This document shows positions 39,250 through 48,560 of a stretch of DNA of 64,000 nt, one piece after another. The notes under the pieces were generated by a model. That model had not been told where the DNA came from. It was given only the letters and a program-made list of their open reading frames with translations, and did no database searches. Position numbers and translations under genes: made by a program. The stretch lies in IMG/VR virus record IMGVR_UViG_3300012983_000048, one strand, 5' to 3'. Source of the stretch: a virus. Every line of letters starts with the position of its first letter. Position 1 is the first letter of the stretch.

Positions 39250-40815
39250 TTACCAGTATTTAATAGTAGCAGTTGTTTGTAATCCATTTACCCATTTTTG
39301 ACTTGTTTCATCATATATTAATGTCTGCCCGGATTTTGCATCTGTAATATTTGTGTCATCCATTTCAGCAATATTACAAATATCTCTAACAATTGACCAA
39401 ATGAGTGATGCACCATTATTTGATAAAAACTTTTTGTTATCATTGTTTGTAATCTGAATTGTATTTTGTTTTTTTGATAAACCGGACTGAACAAATGCAG
39501 TTGATGCAGCTTTTGTTGAATTATCTGTATCACTAACAGTAGGAACATTTGGACTTGAAGTAAATGTTTTTGTTCCACCAACTGTTTCATCACCACTTCT
39601 ATGAACAACATTTGTTGATAATGTTGGATCATTTACCCAACCTTGTGATGCAGCAATTGTTGATGTAGTATTATTGGTTGTTTCACCAAGTGGAACAGTT
39701 ACATATGCCTTGTTTTCTGCCTTATCATAAACAACATCAACAGATGCAACCTCAATAGCATTGTCATCAGCAATAGATAAAGAAATATAATTACTTGCAT
39801 CAGATGAAGAACTTGTAATTGATGAAATAGATACACCATCAGAATTTTGAATGTCTAATATTTCACCATCATTTTGAGATATAATTGTTTGGGTGAAAGT
39901 TTTTGTTCCTGTAATTGTTTCATTGTTATCAATATTTACAAATCTATCATCTGCTTCTTCTTTGGTATATGATGCAGAGTCAGAACCAATATATTCAAAT
40001 GCTTTTGTTGTTGCATTCCAACGATAATATGATTGACGACCTTGATGATTTTCATCTGCCAATACTTTGATGATATCATTATCAGATATATATTGATTAT
40101 TATAATTTTCTAATTCAGCAGCAGAACCAACAATATCAACAACGTCTTTTCTTGCATTAATAGCATCAATTTGTTCTTGTAAGTGTGAATCTTCTGAAAC
40201 TCTTTGGTCATGTTCACTATTAATTGCTGAAACCAAATTTGTTTTTGTTAAATCTTGATTTAAGTCTGTTAATTTACCTTCAACACTAATTGCTCTGTCA
40301 GATTCTACTTTTAAATTTGTAGCAATTTGTTTAGGGGTTGCTATAATCTGTTTATCGGTTGGTGTTGATAAATCATTTACAGATTTTATTAACACTTCAC
40401 TATCTGAAGCATATCTTGATACACCATATGAATCATGGTTGATATCAAAATCTGTATCAGATGTTGATTCTTTAATATTTGTATTATCTGCTTTTTTTAT
40501 AGAAATTTTGAAATCATTTGAATTTATTTCTGTTTCTGTTTCTGTAATAATTGGTGTGTCAAAAGAATATGTTTTAACATAATCCCAACATTCAACACCA
40601 TTTTTTATATGTCTATAAAAGACTCTACCAAATGGTTCTGTTCCAATTCTTGTATCGGTTTCATCTAAAATTTCTAATTTTGTTTGAATATATATATCAC
40701 CAACTTTACCAATATCTAATGTTGGTTCAAAATCTCCATAAAATATTGTAATACCATCATTACCAATAGTAAAATATTTGTTTAATGTACCTGCTAAATC
40801 ATAAATTGATGCCAT
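39250..40815 (-). CDS. tail fibre protein
   Basis: 521 aa. VHRSGDETVGGTKTFTSSPNVPTVSDTDNSTKAASTAFVQSGL is nearly identical in motif to the C-terminus of ORF 3003. Coiled-coil segment LQEQIDAINARKDV. Confidence 0.65.
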   Translation of the reverse strand: MASIYDLAGTLNKYFTIGNDGITIFYGDFEPTLDIGKVGDIYIQTKLEILDETDTRIGTEPFGRVFYRHIKNGVECWDYVKTYSFDTPIITETETEINSNDFKISIKKADNTNIKESTSDTDFDINHDSYGVSRYASDSEVLIKSVNDLSTPTDKQIIATPKQIATNLKVESDRAISVEGKLTDLNQDLTKTNLVSAINSEHDQRVSEDSHLQEQIDAINARKDVVDIVGSAAELENYNNQYISDNDIIKVLADENHQGRQSYYRWNATTKAFEYIGSDSASYTKEEADDRFVNIDNNETITGTKTFTQTIISQNDGEILDIQNSDGVSISSITSSSSDASNYISLSIADDNAIEVASVDVVYDKAENKAYVTVPLGETTNNTTSTIAASQGWVNDPTLSTNVVHRSGDETVGGTKTFTSSPNVPTVSDTDNSTKAASTAFVQSGLSKKQNTIQITNNDNKKFLSNNGASLIWSIVRDICNIAEMDDTNITDAKSGQTLIYDETSQKWVNGLQTTATIKYW

Positions 40816-40918
40816 AGTTTAATCCTATATTAAATCTTATATATGATTATTTATTAAATGATAATTGACATAGATGCTGATATAAATATGTTAAAAATAG
40901 TAATGGAGAAATATTATA

Positions 40919-41446
40919 ATGGCAAGCAAATCAAAAACAAAGGGTAAATCAGGAGAACGTGAGGTATGCAAAATATTTGCAGAAGTATTTGGTGGTTCTT
41001 GGATGCGAACACCAACGAGCGGTGCATTTACTGGTGGTAAAAATTTGTTTAGAGCAAAAACATTATCTGAATCACAACTATTAAATAATACAAATGATAT
41101 TGTTCCACCAGATGAATATAAAAATTGTTCATTAGAAGTTAAATCATATAGTGATTTTGAATTTCATCATTTATATAGAGAAGATGGTAATAAAACATTG
41201 AATAAATGGATTGACCAAGTATTTGAATCAGGTATTGATATGGAAAAATCTTTTCCAATGATTTGTATGAAGTTTAATAGAATTGGTTGGTTTTGTTGTG
41301 TTTGGGGTAATAAGTTAGATGAAATTGATTATAACAAATTAAATCATACCAAGTTTGTTTATGATGATAATGTGTATTATGTTTTTGAATTAAATGCATT
41401 TATAAATACTTTTAAAGAAGAATTAAAAGAAAAATTTAAAGGATAA
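40919..41446 (+). CDS. Holliday-junction resolvase, archaeal Hjc-like PD-(D/E)xK nuclease
   Basis: KGKSGEREVCKIFAEVFGG..RTPTSGAF..VPPDEY..SLEVKSYSD fits the Hjc pattern kG...ERel...G..v.R...SG...D...iEvKS. Confidence 0.5.
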   Translation: MASKSKTKGKSGEREVCKIFAEVFGGSWMRTPTSGAFTGGKNLFRAKTLSESQLLNNTNDIVPPDEYKNCSLEVKSYSDFEFHHLYREDGNKTLNKWIDQVFESGIDMEKSFPMICMKFNRIGWFCCVWGNKLDEIDYNKLNHTKFVYDDNVYYVFELNAFINTFKEELKEKFKG

Positions 41447-41451
41447 TTGTC

Positions 41452-42117
41452 ATGGCAGCAGCAAAGGGTGATTTTGTCTTATTTGTATATCCATCAACAA
41501 TACAAGATATAACTATTATTGCAACACCAATAAGTACTCCATCAACAAAAATATATACTTTCACACTTTCTGATGGTGAATTATCCAGTGATGGATCATA
41601 TTTAATATTTGGTCCAGATGATCTTGATACTTTGGGGACTTGGGAATTTGAAATAAGTTCAACTGGATATAAATCTATTAAAACACAATATACTTTCCTT
41701 GAAACATCAAATTTTTTCTTAGATGTTGTGTTAGAACCAAACCCATCAACACATACATTTATGGTTAAAGAGGGTGAACCAATAAAATATATTGTTATGA
41801 GAGATGGTTATAAAACAATTGAAGAAACAGTTACTTTAACAAGTGATATGACAATTGATATTGTTATGGAGAAAGATGGTCCGTTGTATGCATGTTACAC
41901 AATGGATCAAATTTATTTTGAGTATGCTAAATTGCCACTAAATAGTGACACTACAATTTATTGCAACTCTTCTAGTAGAGAGACGCTTGCGACTAGTGTT
42001 TCAGATTTAGATGTGTATGAGGGTGTTGTTTTGTGGAATACATTAACAGAAGATGTTGCTATAGATTCGAAAGGCAAAACGTGGGATAGAATTTCAATTT
42101 ACGATTTATACGAATAG
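41452..42117 (+). CDS. protein with two PEGA-like beta-sandwich modules
   Basis: FVLFVYPSTIQDITIIATPISTPSTKIYTFTLSDGE.. and LEPNPSTHTFMVKEGEPIKYIVMRDGYKTIEETVTLTSDMTIDIVME. Confidence 0.45.
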   Translation: MAAAKGDFVLFVYPSTIQDITIIATPISTPSTKIYTFTLSDGELSSDGSYLIFGPDDLDTLGTWEFEISSTGYKSIKTQYTFLETSNFFLDVVLEPNPSTHTFMVKEGEPIKYIVMRDGYKTIEETVTLTSDMTIDIVMEKDGPLYACYTMDQIYFEYAKLPLNSDTTIYCNSSSRETLATSVSDLDVYEGVVLWNTLTEDVAIDSKGKTWDRISIYDLYE

Positions 42118-42185
42118 TAGTTATAAATGACGGAATTTAATTATGAAGATATTAGTTGTGATGTTAACTTTATGTTAGAACCAAA

Positions 42186-42701
42186 CTAATAACATAACAT
42201 AATATTTGTTACATTACCATAGTGTATTAAATCACCACTTACATCTCTTTTAACAGTAATTTCTTTATTACTCATTGGAATAGAATCATCACTATTAACA
42301 TTTTGAGAACATGTCCCTTGAGTTAAATGATAATTTATTTCAACTGGTGTTTTAATAATGTTTAAATAATCCCTATCCATTTTTGCTTTTAACCAAGTAT
42401 ATGAACCCCTAATGTTTACAAATGTATTATCCATACATTCATTTATAACACCCAGGTGATTAAATTCTAAGTAATCAGTATCTTTTCCAATTGGAATGAT
42501 TGCCCAATCATCATCTGTTGGATTTATTTTAAGAGAACCATATATATAAATTCTTCCAGTGAAATTTTTTGTATGAATGGAAATCGTATTTAATCTATCA
42601 TTTGTTTCATTTATATAATAACCAATTGCTTTAACTGGTTCTCCTTCAACAGATATTTCACCTGAACAATTTGGTAATAATGTTAAATTTTGTCTAATCA
42701 T
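42186..42701 (-). CDS. hypothetical baseplate-module protein
   Basis: 171-aa ORF 10 nt downstream of the next minus gene. No motif. Confidence 0.4.
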   Translation of the reverse strand: MIRQNLTLLPNCSGEISVEGEPVKAIGYYINETNDRLNTISIHTKNFTGRIYIYGSLKINPTDDDWAIIPIGKDTDYLEFNHLGVINECMDNTFVNIRGSYTWLKAKMDRDYLNIIKTPVEINYHLTQGTCSQNVNSDDSIPMSNKEITVKRDVSGDLIHYGNVTNIMLCY

Positions 42702-42710
42702 ATAATTTCC

Positions 42711-43427
42711 TTATTCATCCCACTCTGAACCATCATTAGTTGGTTCAAATGCATCCTCTTTTGTTAAATCCCCTCTTTGACGCATTTCTTCCATACCATT
42801 TAAAGAGACATCTGTTTCTGTAATTCCTGTTTTGTTTGGTTTTAATTGACCTCTTGGAACATTTGGCATATCTTCATATATTATGCGACAAAATACTCTC
42901 ATTGAGTGTGAATCAATATACATATGGTCTATATAAAAATATGAAGGATTTTTTGTATTTGCCCAAAAACAATAATGGTCGCCTTTTTTAAAATAATTTG
43001 TATTTAATATTTTTTGATCTTCTTCACAAACTTCAGCTTTATTTTCTCTTAAGAAACATTCATTAAATTCTTCACCTGTTGTTTCAGGTTCTTCATTTTT
43101 ATCTACATGAATTGGTGTGAATTTTTCATCTAATTCTTGTTCTGAAACAGTTTTATATACTAAATTCCAAGGTGCACCAGTTATAGGAGATGTTATTTCA
43201 TATAATTGTGGTTCTATGATTCCCGGAACATTAAATTTTTTAATAATCTTTTCAATTGTCCATACATCTTTATCAGCATCATGGTTTCTATAAAAAGTGT
43301 CACCAACATGATATTTTGAGTCTTCTAATGGTGAATTATTTTCATTTAAAATATCAAAAAACTGCTGTTTTGAAAGTTTTCTTGATGAACCTTTTTTCCT
43401 TGACTCAAATATTTTTTCTAATCTCAT
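42711..43427 (-). CDS. hypothetical baseplate-module protein
   Basis: The track ORF extends to 43556, but AAGGA then ATG at 43427 (MRLEKIFESRKK) avoids overlap with the gp25-like gene that ends at 43439. Confidence 0.4.
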   Translation of the reverse strand: MRLEKIFESRKKGSSRKLSKQQFFDILNENNSPLEDSKYHVGDTFYRNHDADKDVWTIEKIIKKFNVPGIIEPQLYEITSPITGAPWNLVYKTVSEQELDEKFTPIHVDKNEEPETTGEEFNECFLRENKAEVCEEDQKILNTNYFKKGDHYCFWANTKNPSYFYIDHMYIDSHSMRVFCRIIYEDMPNVPRGQLKPNKTGITETDVSLNGMEEMRQRGDLTKEDAFEPTNDGSEWDE

Positions 43428-43438
43428 TACATAATCCT

Positions 43439-43828
43439 TTATATTAATGGCATAGTTCCATTTGATATATATTCTTTTGCGGTTTCCTCTGTTATTGGTA
43501 TTATCCATTCTTCTGGGACATCTCCCATATATGAAACAACAATGGTGAATGACCAACCTTTATCTATTTCAGTGGCACTTATGTCTTGTAATGATAAAAA
43601 TTCATTATTATCAATAATATTTGTTAATTCTTCTATAATAGTTGATTTAACAGCATTGTTTTTATATTGAAAAATTCTACTTAATATAGTAGAACCAAAC
43701 TCTGGATCCCAATCACATTCACCTTTTTGTGTATATATTTCCATTAATAAATCATGTTTTACTAATTCTTTATCTTGTAAAACTTCCCATTTATCATTTT
43801 GTGTTGTATATCCTTGTAATATTGGCAT
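43439..43828 (-). CDS. baseplate wedge protein, gp25/GPW lysozyme-like fold
   Basis: 129 aa. ..LLMEIYTQKGECDWDPEFGSTILSRIFQYKNN..IIEELTNIID resembles the GPW_gp25 consensus (GE..P.FGs.l...lF...n......i...I.). Confidence 0.55.
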   Translation of the reverse strand: MPILQGYTTQNDKWEVLQDKELVKHDLLMEIYTQKGECDWDPEFGSTILSRIFQYKNNAVKSTIIEELTNIIDNNEFLSLQDISATEIDKGWSFTIVVSYMGDVPEEWIIPITEETAKEYISNGTMPLI

Positions 43829-43928
43829 TTGTATTCCTAAATATTGTTATAAAATTATTTATGAGAAAATATTATTGAAAAATAGTATTTTGTATGAAAT
43901 AATCTATATTAAAATATAAGGAGTAGTC

Positions 43929-44348
43929 ATGGAAAAATTAAATGTTTTTGTATATGGTAGTTTGAAAAAAGGATTTTCAAACCATTATGTAATGAAATTA
44001 GCAAAAGGTGAGTATATTGATGGTGGTGTCTCATCAGATTCAAAATTCACCATGTGTGGTGTTGGAAACTCTTTTCCAGGTTTATTATCTGGAACAGGAA
44101 AATTTAGTGGTGAAGTTTATTCTGTTCCAAAAGAATCAATTTCATATCATTTAGATATGTTAGAGGGTTATCCAGATTTTTATAATAGATGTTCGATAAA
44201 GGTGACATTGAATACATCAAATGATGAAGTTGATGCATTAGTATATTATTTGTCTGATGATTATGTTAAAAATTATGGTGAAAAATTATTATTGAATTCT
44301 CCGAGAATTTCATATACAAATAATGTATATACTTGGAATCAATTATAA
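43929..44348 (+). CDS. gamma-glutamyl cyclotransferase / AIG2-like family protein
   Basis: VFVYGSLKKGFSNHYVM (YGTL.RG motif) and LDMLEGYPDFYNRCSIKV (LEG..YxR catalytic Glu region). Confidence 0.55.
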   Translation: MEKLNVFVYGSLKKGFSNHYVMKLAKGEYIDGGVSSDSKFTMCGVGNSFPGLLSGTGKFSGEVYSVPKESISYHLDMLEGYPDFYNRCSIKVTLNTSNDEVDALVYYLSDDYVKNYGEKLLLNSPRISYTNNVYTWNQL

Positions 44349-44362
44349 GAGGAAAAACATTA

Positions 44363-45367
44363 ATGAAAGTAGTTTTATTTAGTGATATTCACTTTGGTGA
44401 AAAATCAAACTCTGATATACATAATCAACATTGTTTAGAGTTTTTACAATTTGTAAATGATTGGTGTGATGATAATTTAATAGATGATTTTACAACAATA
44501 TTTTTGGGAGATTGGTTTCATAATAGAAACTCAATCAATGTAAAGACATTGAATTATGGGAAAGAGGGTCTGATTAAACTATCAAATATTGGTTCCGAAC
44601 AATATATTTTGGTTGGAAATCATGATTTATATTATTTAGATAGGAGAGATAGTCATTCAATTATTATTCCAGATGAAGCAACAGGAATTAATGTTATTGA
44701 TGAACCAACAATGATTGATGATATGCTTTTATGTCCTTGGTTATTAAAAGATGAATCATTAAAAGAACTTATTCAAGAACACAACCCAAAATATGTGTTT
44801 GGGCATTTTGAATTACCATCATTTCCATTAAATCAAATGGTTAAATATCCGGGTGAATTTAATCCATTTGATTACCAAGGACCATTGAGAATTATGAGTG
44901 GTCATTTCCATACAAGAAGTGAAAAAACAAATATTACTTATATTGGTAATTGTTTTTCACATAATTTTTCTGATAAGAATGATTGGCATAATAAAGGATT
45001 TGCAGTATTAGATACACAAACAAATGAAATTCAATATGTTGAATGGAATAATGCACCAAAATATTGTTATACAAGTGTATCTGAACTTGGTAATGTAAAG
45101 TTTGAAAACAATATGTATATGAAAATTTTAAATGATATTAATTTAGACCAAGATAATGTCAATAAACTATATGATGGTTTAATGCAGAGTGGTAATGTTG
45201 TAGAATGTCATATTATAACAAATGAGTTGGAGATTAGTGGTGATTCAGAATCTGTTGAAATAGAATCTCTTGGTAATGTTAATGATATTATTCCAGAATT
45301 GTTAAATAAGGCAGAAATTAATAATATTAATAATCAAAAACTTATAACAATTTATAATAATTTATAA
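44363..45367 (+). CDS. SbcD/Mre11-like metallophosphoesterase nuclease subunit (T4 gp47-like)
   Basis: AGAGG then ATG at 44363. MKVVLFSDIHFGEK. LGDWFHNR. LVGNHDLYY. GHFELPSF..GHFH, the calcineurin-like motifs I-V in order. Confidence 0.7.
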   Translation: MKVVLFSDIHFGEKSNSDIHNQHCLEFLQFVNDWCDDNLIDDFTTIFLGDWFHNRNSINVKTLNYGKEGLIKLSNIGSEQYILVGNHDLYYLDRRDSHSIIIPDEATGINVIDEPTMIDDMLLCPWLLKDESLKELIQEHNPKYVFGHFELPSFPLNQMVKYPGEFNPFDYQGPLRIMSGHFHTRSEKTNITYIGNCFSHNFSDKNDWHNKGFAVLDTQTNEIQYVEWNNAPKYCYTSVSELGNVKFENNMYMKILNDINLDQDNVNKLYDGLMQSGNVVECHIITNELEISGDSESVEIESLGNVNDIIPELLNKAEINNINNQKLITIYNNL

Positions 45368-45376
45368 CATATGTCA

Positions 45377-45405
45377 TTGACGATTAAAAAATACTGTGAT
45401 ATATT
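45377..45405 (+). promoter_or_regulatory. sigma70-like promoter TTGACG-N17-TGaTATATT
   Basis: Lies in the intergenic gap before ORF 45433 (RBS AAAGGAGAG). Confidence 0.4.
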
Positions 45406-45432
45406 ATATTTGTTAAAGAAAGGAGAGATAAA

Positions 45433-45651
45433 ATGGTAAAAGAACTAAATACACCTGAATTAAAATGGAATTATAAAGATTGTAGGATTGAATTATCTAT
45501 TAATAGACTACGTTATAAAGTATATAATGATAAAAATCAAGTTGTTGCAATGGGTGTTAGTTATAATGGTAAAAAATATACAAAAGATGACATTCATGCA
45601 GAACTTGAAAGAAATAAAGAAAGAAGAATTTATGAAAATGTAATCTGTTGA
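45433..45651 (+). CDS. hypothetical small protein
   Basis: 72-aa ORF with a strong RBS AAAGGAGAGATAAAATG. Confidence 0.45.
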   Translation: MVKELNTPELKWNYKDCRIELSINRLRYKVYNDKNQVVAMGVSYNGKKYTKDDIHAELERNKERRIYENVIC

Positions 45652-45655
45652 TTGG

Positions 45656-45940
45656 TTGTGTATAATGATAAATGATGAACTTACAAATGAATGTGGAACA
45701 TGTTTTGAAACAATTATGAATTATATAATGTGTTCTGAAGATTGTATAGATTATAAAATATGCCTTGAAAACTGTTTAATTTATAATTTATTTCAATGGG
45801 TATTGTTTATTATTCTTATTTTATATCCTTCTGTATGGTTTATTGATTATTTCATGTATAGAGGATTTAGATATGGAAGTGAAGAAGAAAAAGAACAAAA
45901 AAAGAAGAAAAAGAAGAAAAGAAGAAAAAAATTGAAATAG
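45656..45940 (+). CDS. small membrane protein with polybasic C-terminal tail
   Basis: One hydrophobic helix WVLFIILILYPSVWFIDYF followed by EEEKEQKKKKKKKRRKKLK, encoded by a near-homopurine tract 45878..45935. Confidence 0.35.
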   Translation: MCIMINDELTNECGTCFETIMNYIMCSEDCIDYKICLENCLIYNLFQWVLFIILILYPSVWFIDYFMYRGFRYGSEEEKEQKKKKKKKRRKKLK

Positions 45941-46215
45941 GACATATTATTAAATGGGAAGTATTAACAATTGTTTATGAGAAATAAAATATGAGAGGTA
46001 ATATATATGATTTTTTATGAGGAAATAAATCCATTTTTATGTTTTTTTAAAATTCCCTGTATTTTGATAACCATTATTATATTTATAATAGGTTTTTATA
46101 TTGAGGAGAATAGTGTAATAGAACCATATTATATAGCATTTGTATGGTCTTGGTTGTTTCAGTGTTTTTCATATACTTTTTTTTGTTTAGAAGATTTATA
46201 ATAATATATATTTGC

Positions 46216-46244
46216 TTGACATTTATTTTTATATATGGTAATAT
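46216..46244 (+). promoter_or_regulatory. strong sigma70-like promoter TTGACA-N17-TGgTAATAT (extended -10)
   Basis: Perfect -35 at 46216..46221, 17-nt spacer, TG-extended -10 at 46236..46244. RBS AAAGGAGAT and ATG 46268 follow. Confidence 0.55.
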
Positions 46245-46267
46245 ATCTACATTGAAAGGAGATTGAT

Positions 46268-46534
46268 ATGAAAACATATTACTATAAAAACAAAGAATTT
46301 AATGTCTATGATGAAAAAGAAATATATGAAATGTGCATTAAAACAATGCCAGATTCACTGGTTACAATTCAAGTAAGGAATGGTACACGTTCAAGTATGT
46401 GTCCTTATATTACAAGAAAAAATTGTATTTATATGGGTTTAACAGCAGATTGTAAATCAGCAATTTTTGTTAAGGGTAAGAGAAAGTACATATTAAGATT
46501 TGAGCGAGTTATCAACATCATTAAGGAAAACTAA
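46268..46534 (+). CDS. hypothetical small protein
   Basis: 88 aa. Promoter-proximal. Stop is 3 nt before the ligase start. Confidence 0.45.
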   Translation: MKTYYYKNKEFNVYDEKEIYEMCIKTMPDSLVTIQVRNGTRSSMCPYITRKNCIYMGLTADCKSAIFVKGKRKYILRFERVINIIKEN

Positions 46535-46537
46535 ATT

Positions 46538-48544
46538 ATGACAGAACAAATTATTATTGATATTTTAAAAAAAGCATCTGATTGCTATTATAATACAGCA
46601 GACTATTATTGTATGTCAGAAGATGAAGTAAATTGCATTGTGCAAAATTTGCACATTCCTTGCCAAAATGATGTAACAGATGCTATGTATGATGAAATCT
46701 ATTCAAGAGCAAAAGCATTATATTCGACCAATCCTTTTTTCCTTTCTGTTGGGTCGGAAGTTCGTGGGGATAAGGTAAAATTACCTATCCCCCTCGGAAG
46801 TATGGTTGAAGTAAAACTTGGAGAAATACAAAATTGGTTAAATCCAGGACATTATTGTATTTCTGATAAATTAGATGGTATATCTTGTTTATTAGCATAT
46901 GAAAATGGTAAATTGAAAATTGCATATACTCGTGGCAATGGGTTTGAAGGACAAGATATTACAAGACATATCTTGAAAATGACTTATTGCCCAAAAGAGT
47001 TAACTGAAAGTTTTACTGGATATATACGTGGTGAAATTATTATTCCAAAGGATAATATTCAAAAATGCATTGGCGAATTGAGGGAAGAAATTGGTAAAGA
47101 ATATAAAAATGGCAGAAATCTTTGTGCAGGTCAATTAAATGCAAAAGAATGTGCAGATTCTTTTGTCAAATGTGTTCATTTTGTTGCATATTATATTGAT
47201 GGATGGAAAGAAGAAACACATAAGATGTTTGATAAATTAACATTATTGGGGTTTGAAAGTGCCAAATATAGAATCTCAAATAACTTGTTTATTACTGATG
47301 AATATTTGACAAAAATTTTACAAAATGTAAAACTAAATGGTGATTATGAATGTGATGGTATTATTATTACACAAGATGTGATTGATGAGGAACACCAAGG
47401 ATTTGAAACATCTTCATTAAATCCAAAAGCATCAAGAAAATTTAAAATTAGTGGATTGGATGAAACTTTTGTTTCAACAATTGAAAACATTACATGGCAA
47501 ATTTCAAAAGATTTCTTATTGAAACCAGTAATTAATATTACACCAACAGACCATAATGGTGTAACAATATCAAATATTAGTGGGAATAATTATAAATTTC
47601 TTATTGATAATGATTTGAGAATTGGTACTGTCATTAAGGGGAAAAGGTCTGGTGATGTTATTCCACAATATGTTGAGACAATTGAAAAATCTACTAGGAA
47701 AGAAGACCCATATAACTTAAACCAATTTGGTATTGAAATAGGTAGAGATGGTGTTGAGTTAGTATTTTTAGGAACAGAAGATACAAACCCAGAATTATGT
47801 GTTGAAGCATATACTCAAAAGACTCTATATTTTTGTAATAAGTTGGGTGTTGAATTTGGTGGATATGGTAACATTAAGAAACTAATGGAAGAAACTAGAG
47901 ATTATAGATTTCCATATCAACACTTATGTACATTACCTAAAGAAGTGTTTGAATCTGCAATTGGTGTTAATGGTGTTAAGTTTTATAATTCTTTACATGA
48001 AAAACTTATCAGAGCAACCCCTTGCCAATTATGTGATGCTTGTGGAGTATTTGGTAGAGGTATTGGTGAATTGAAACTTCAAAAAATTGTTGATAATTAT
48101 GATGAATTACCAAATGATTATACAAAAGTAATTACTACAGATGGTTGGGCAGAAAAAACAACAGAACAATATATTAGTAATTATCTTAATTATATTGATA
48201 TGGTTGAATTTTTTCAAAGAAATAATATGTGGAAAGGATTTGAAACAATTAAGACATCAACAAAATATTCAAATGTAAAGGTGGTATTTACTGGTGTTAG
48301 AAATGCTGAGTTAGAACAAAGTATTAGAATTAATGGTGGAAAAGTATTGACATCATTTACAAAAGAGTGTAATTTAGTTATTGCAAAAGACCCAATGTCA
48401 TCATCCGGTAAATTAAAGAAAGCAAGAGAAAATGGTGTAGAAATTATTTCATTGGTTGATGCACTAAACAGGTTTGAAAAAGTGGAGAAAGAAGTTGTTC
48501 CATTAGAAAAATTGGATAATCCATTAGCAAAAGTATTACGGTAA
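46538..48544 (+). CDS. ligA: NAD-dependent DNA ligase (LigA-like)
   Basis: Adenylation motif ISDKLDGISC (KxDG). Cys cluster PCQLCDACG. C-terminal BRCT-like VFTGVRNAELEQSIRINGGKVLTSFTKECNLVIAKDP..GKLKKARENGVEII. Confidence 0.75.
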   Translation: MTEQIIIDILKKASDCYYNTADYYCMSEDEVNCIVQNLHIPCQNDVTDAMYDEIYSRAKALYSTNPFFLSVGSEVRGDKVKLPIPLGSMVEVKLGEIQNWLNPGHYCISDKLDGISCLLAYENGKLKIAYTRGNGFEGQDITRHILKMTYCPKELTESFTGYIRGEIIIPKDNIQKCIGELREEIGKEYKNGRNLCAGQLNAKECADSFVKCVHFVAYYIDGWKEETHKMFDKLTLLGFESAKYRISNNLFITDEYLTKILQNVKLNGDYECDGIIITQDVIDEEHQGFETSSLNPKASRKFKISGLDETFVSTIENITWQISKDFLLKPVINITPTDHNGVTISNISGNNYKFLIDNDLRIGTVIKGKRSGDVIPQYVETIEKSTRKEDPYNLNQFGIEIGRDGVELVFLGTEDTNPELCVEAYTQKTLYFCNKLGVEFGGYGNIKKLMEETRDYRFPYQHLCTLPKEVFESAIGVNGVKFYNSLHEKLIRATPCQLCDACGVFGRGIGELKLQKIVDNYDELPNDYTKVITTDGWAEKTTEQYISNYLNYIDMVEFFQRNNMWKGFETIKTSTKYSNVKVVFTGVRNAELEQSIRINGGKVLTSFTKECNLVIAKDPMSSSGKLKKARENGVEIISLVDALNRFEKVEKEVVPLEKLDNPLAKVLR

Positions 48545-48560
48545 AAATGAAAGGAGCTAT

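Noticed and set aside
40816-40918. Divergent promoter pair in the gap between the minus fibre gene and the plus Hjc gene (TTGACA at 40865)
   Set aside because: The -10 candidates (TATAAA at 40881) give a 10-12-nt spacer, not compatible with a sigma70 promoter. Left uncalled.
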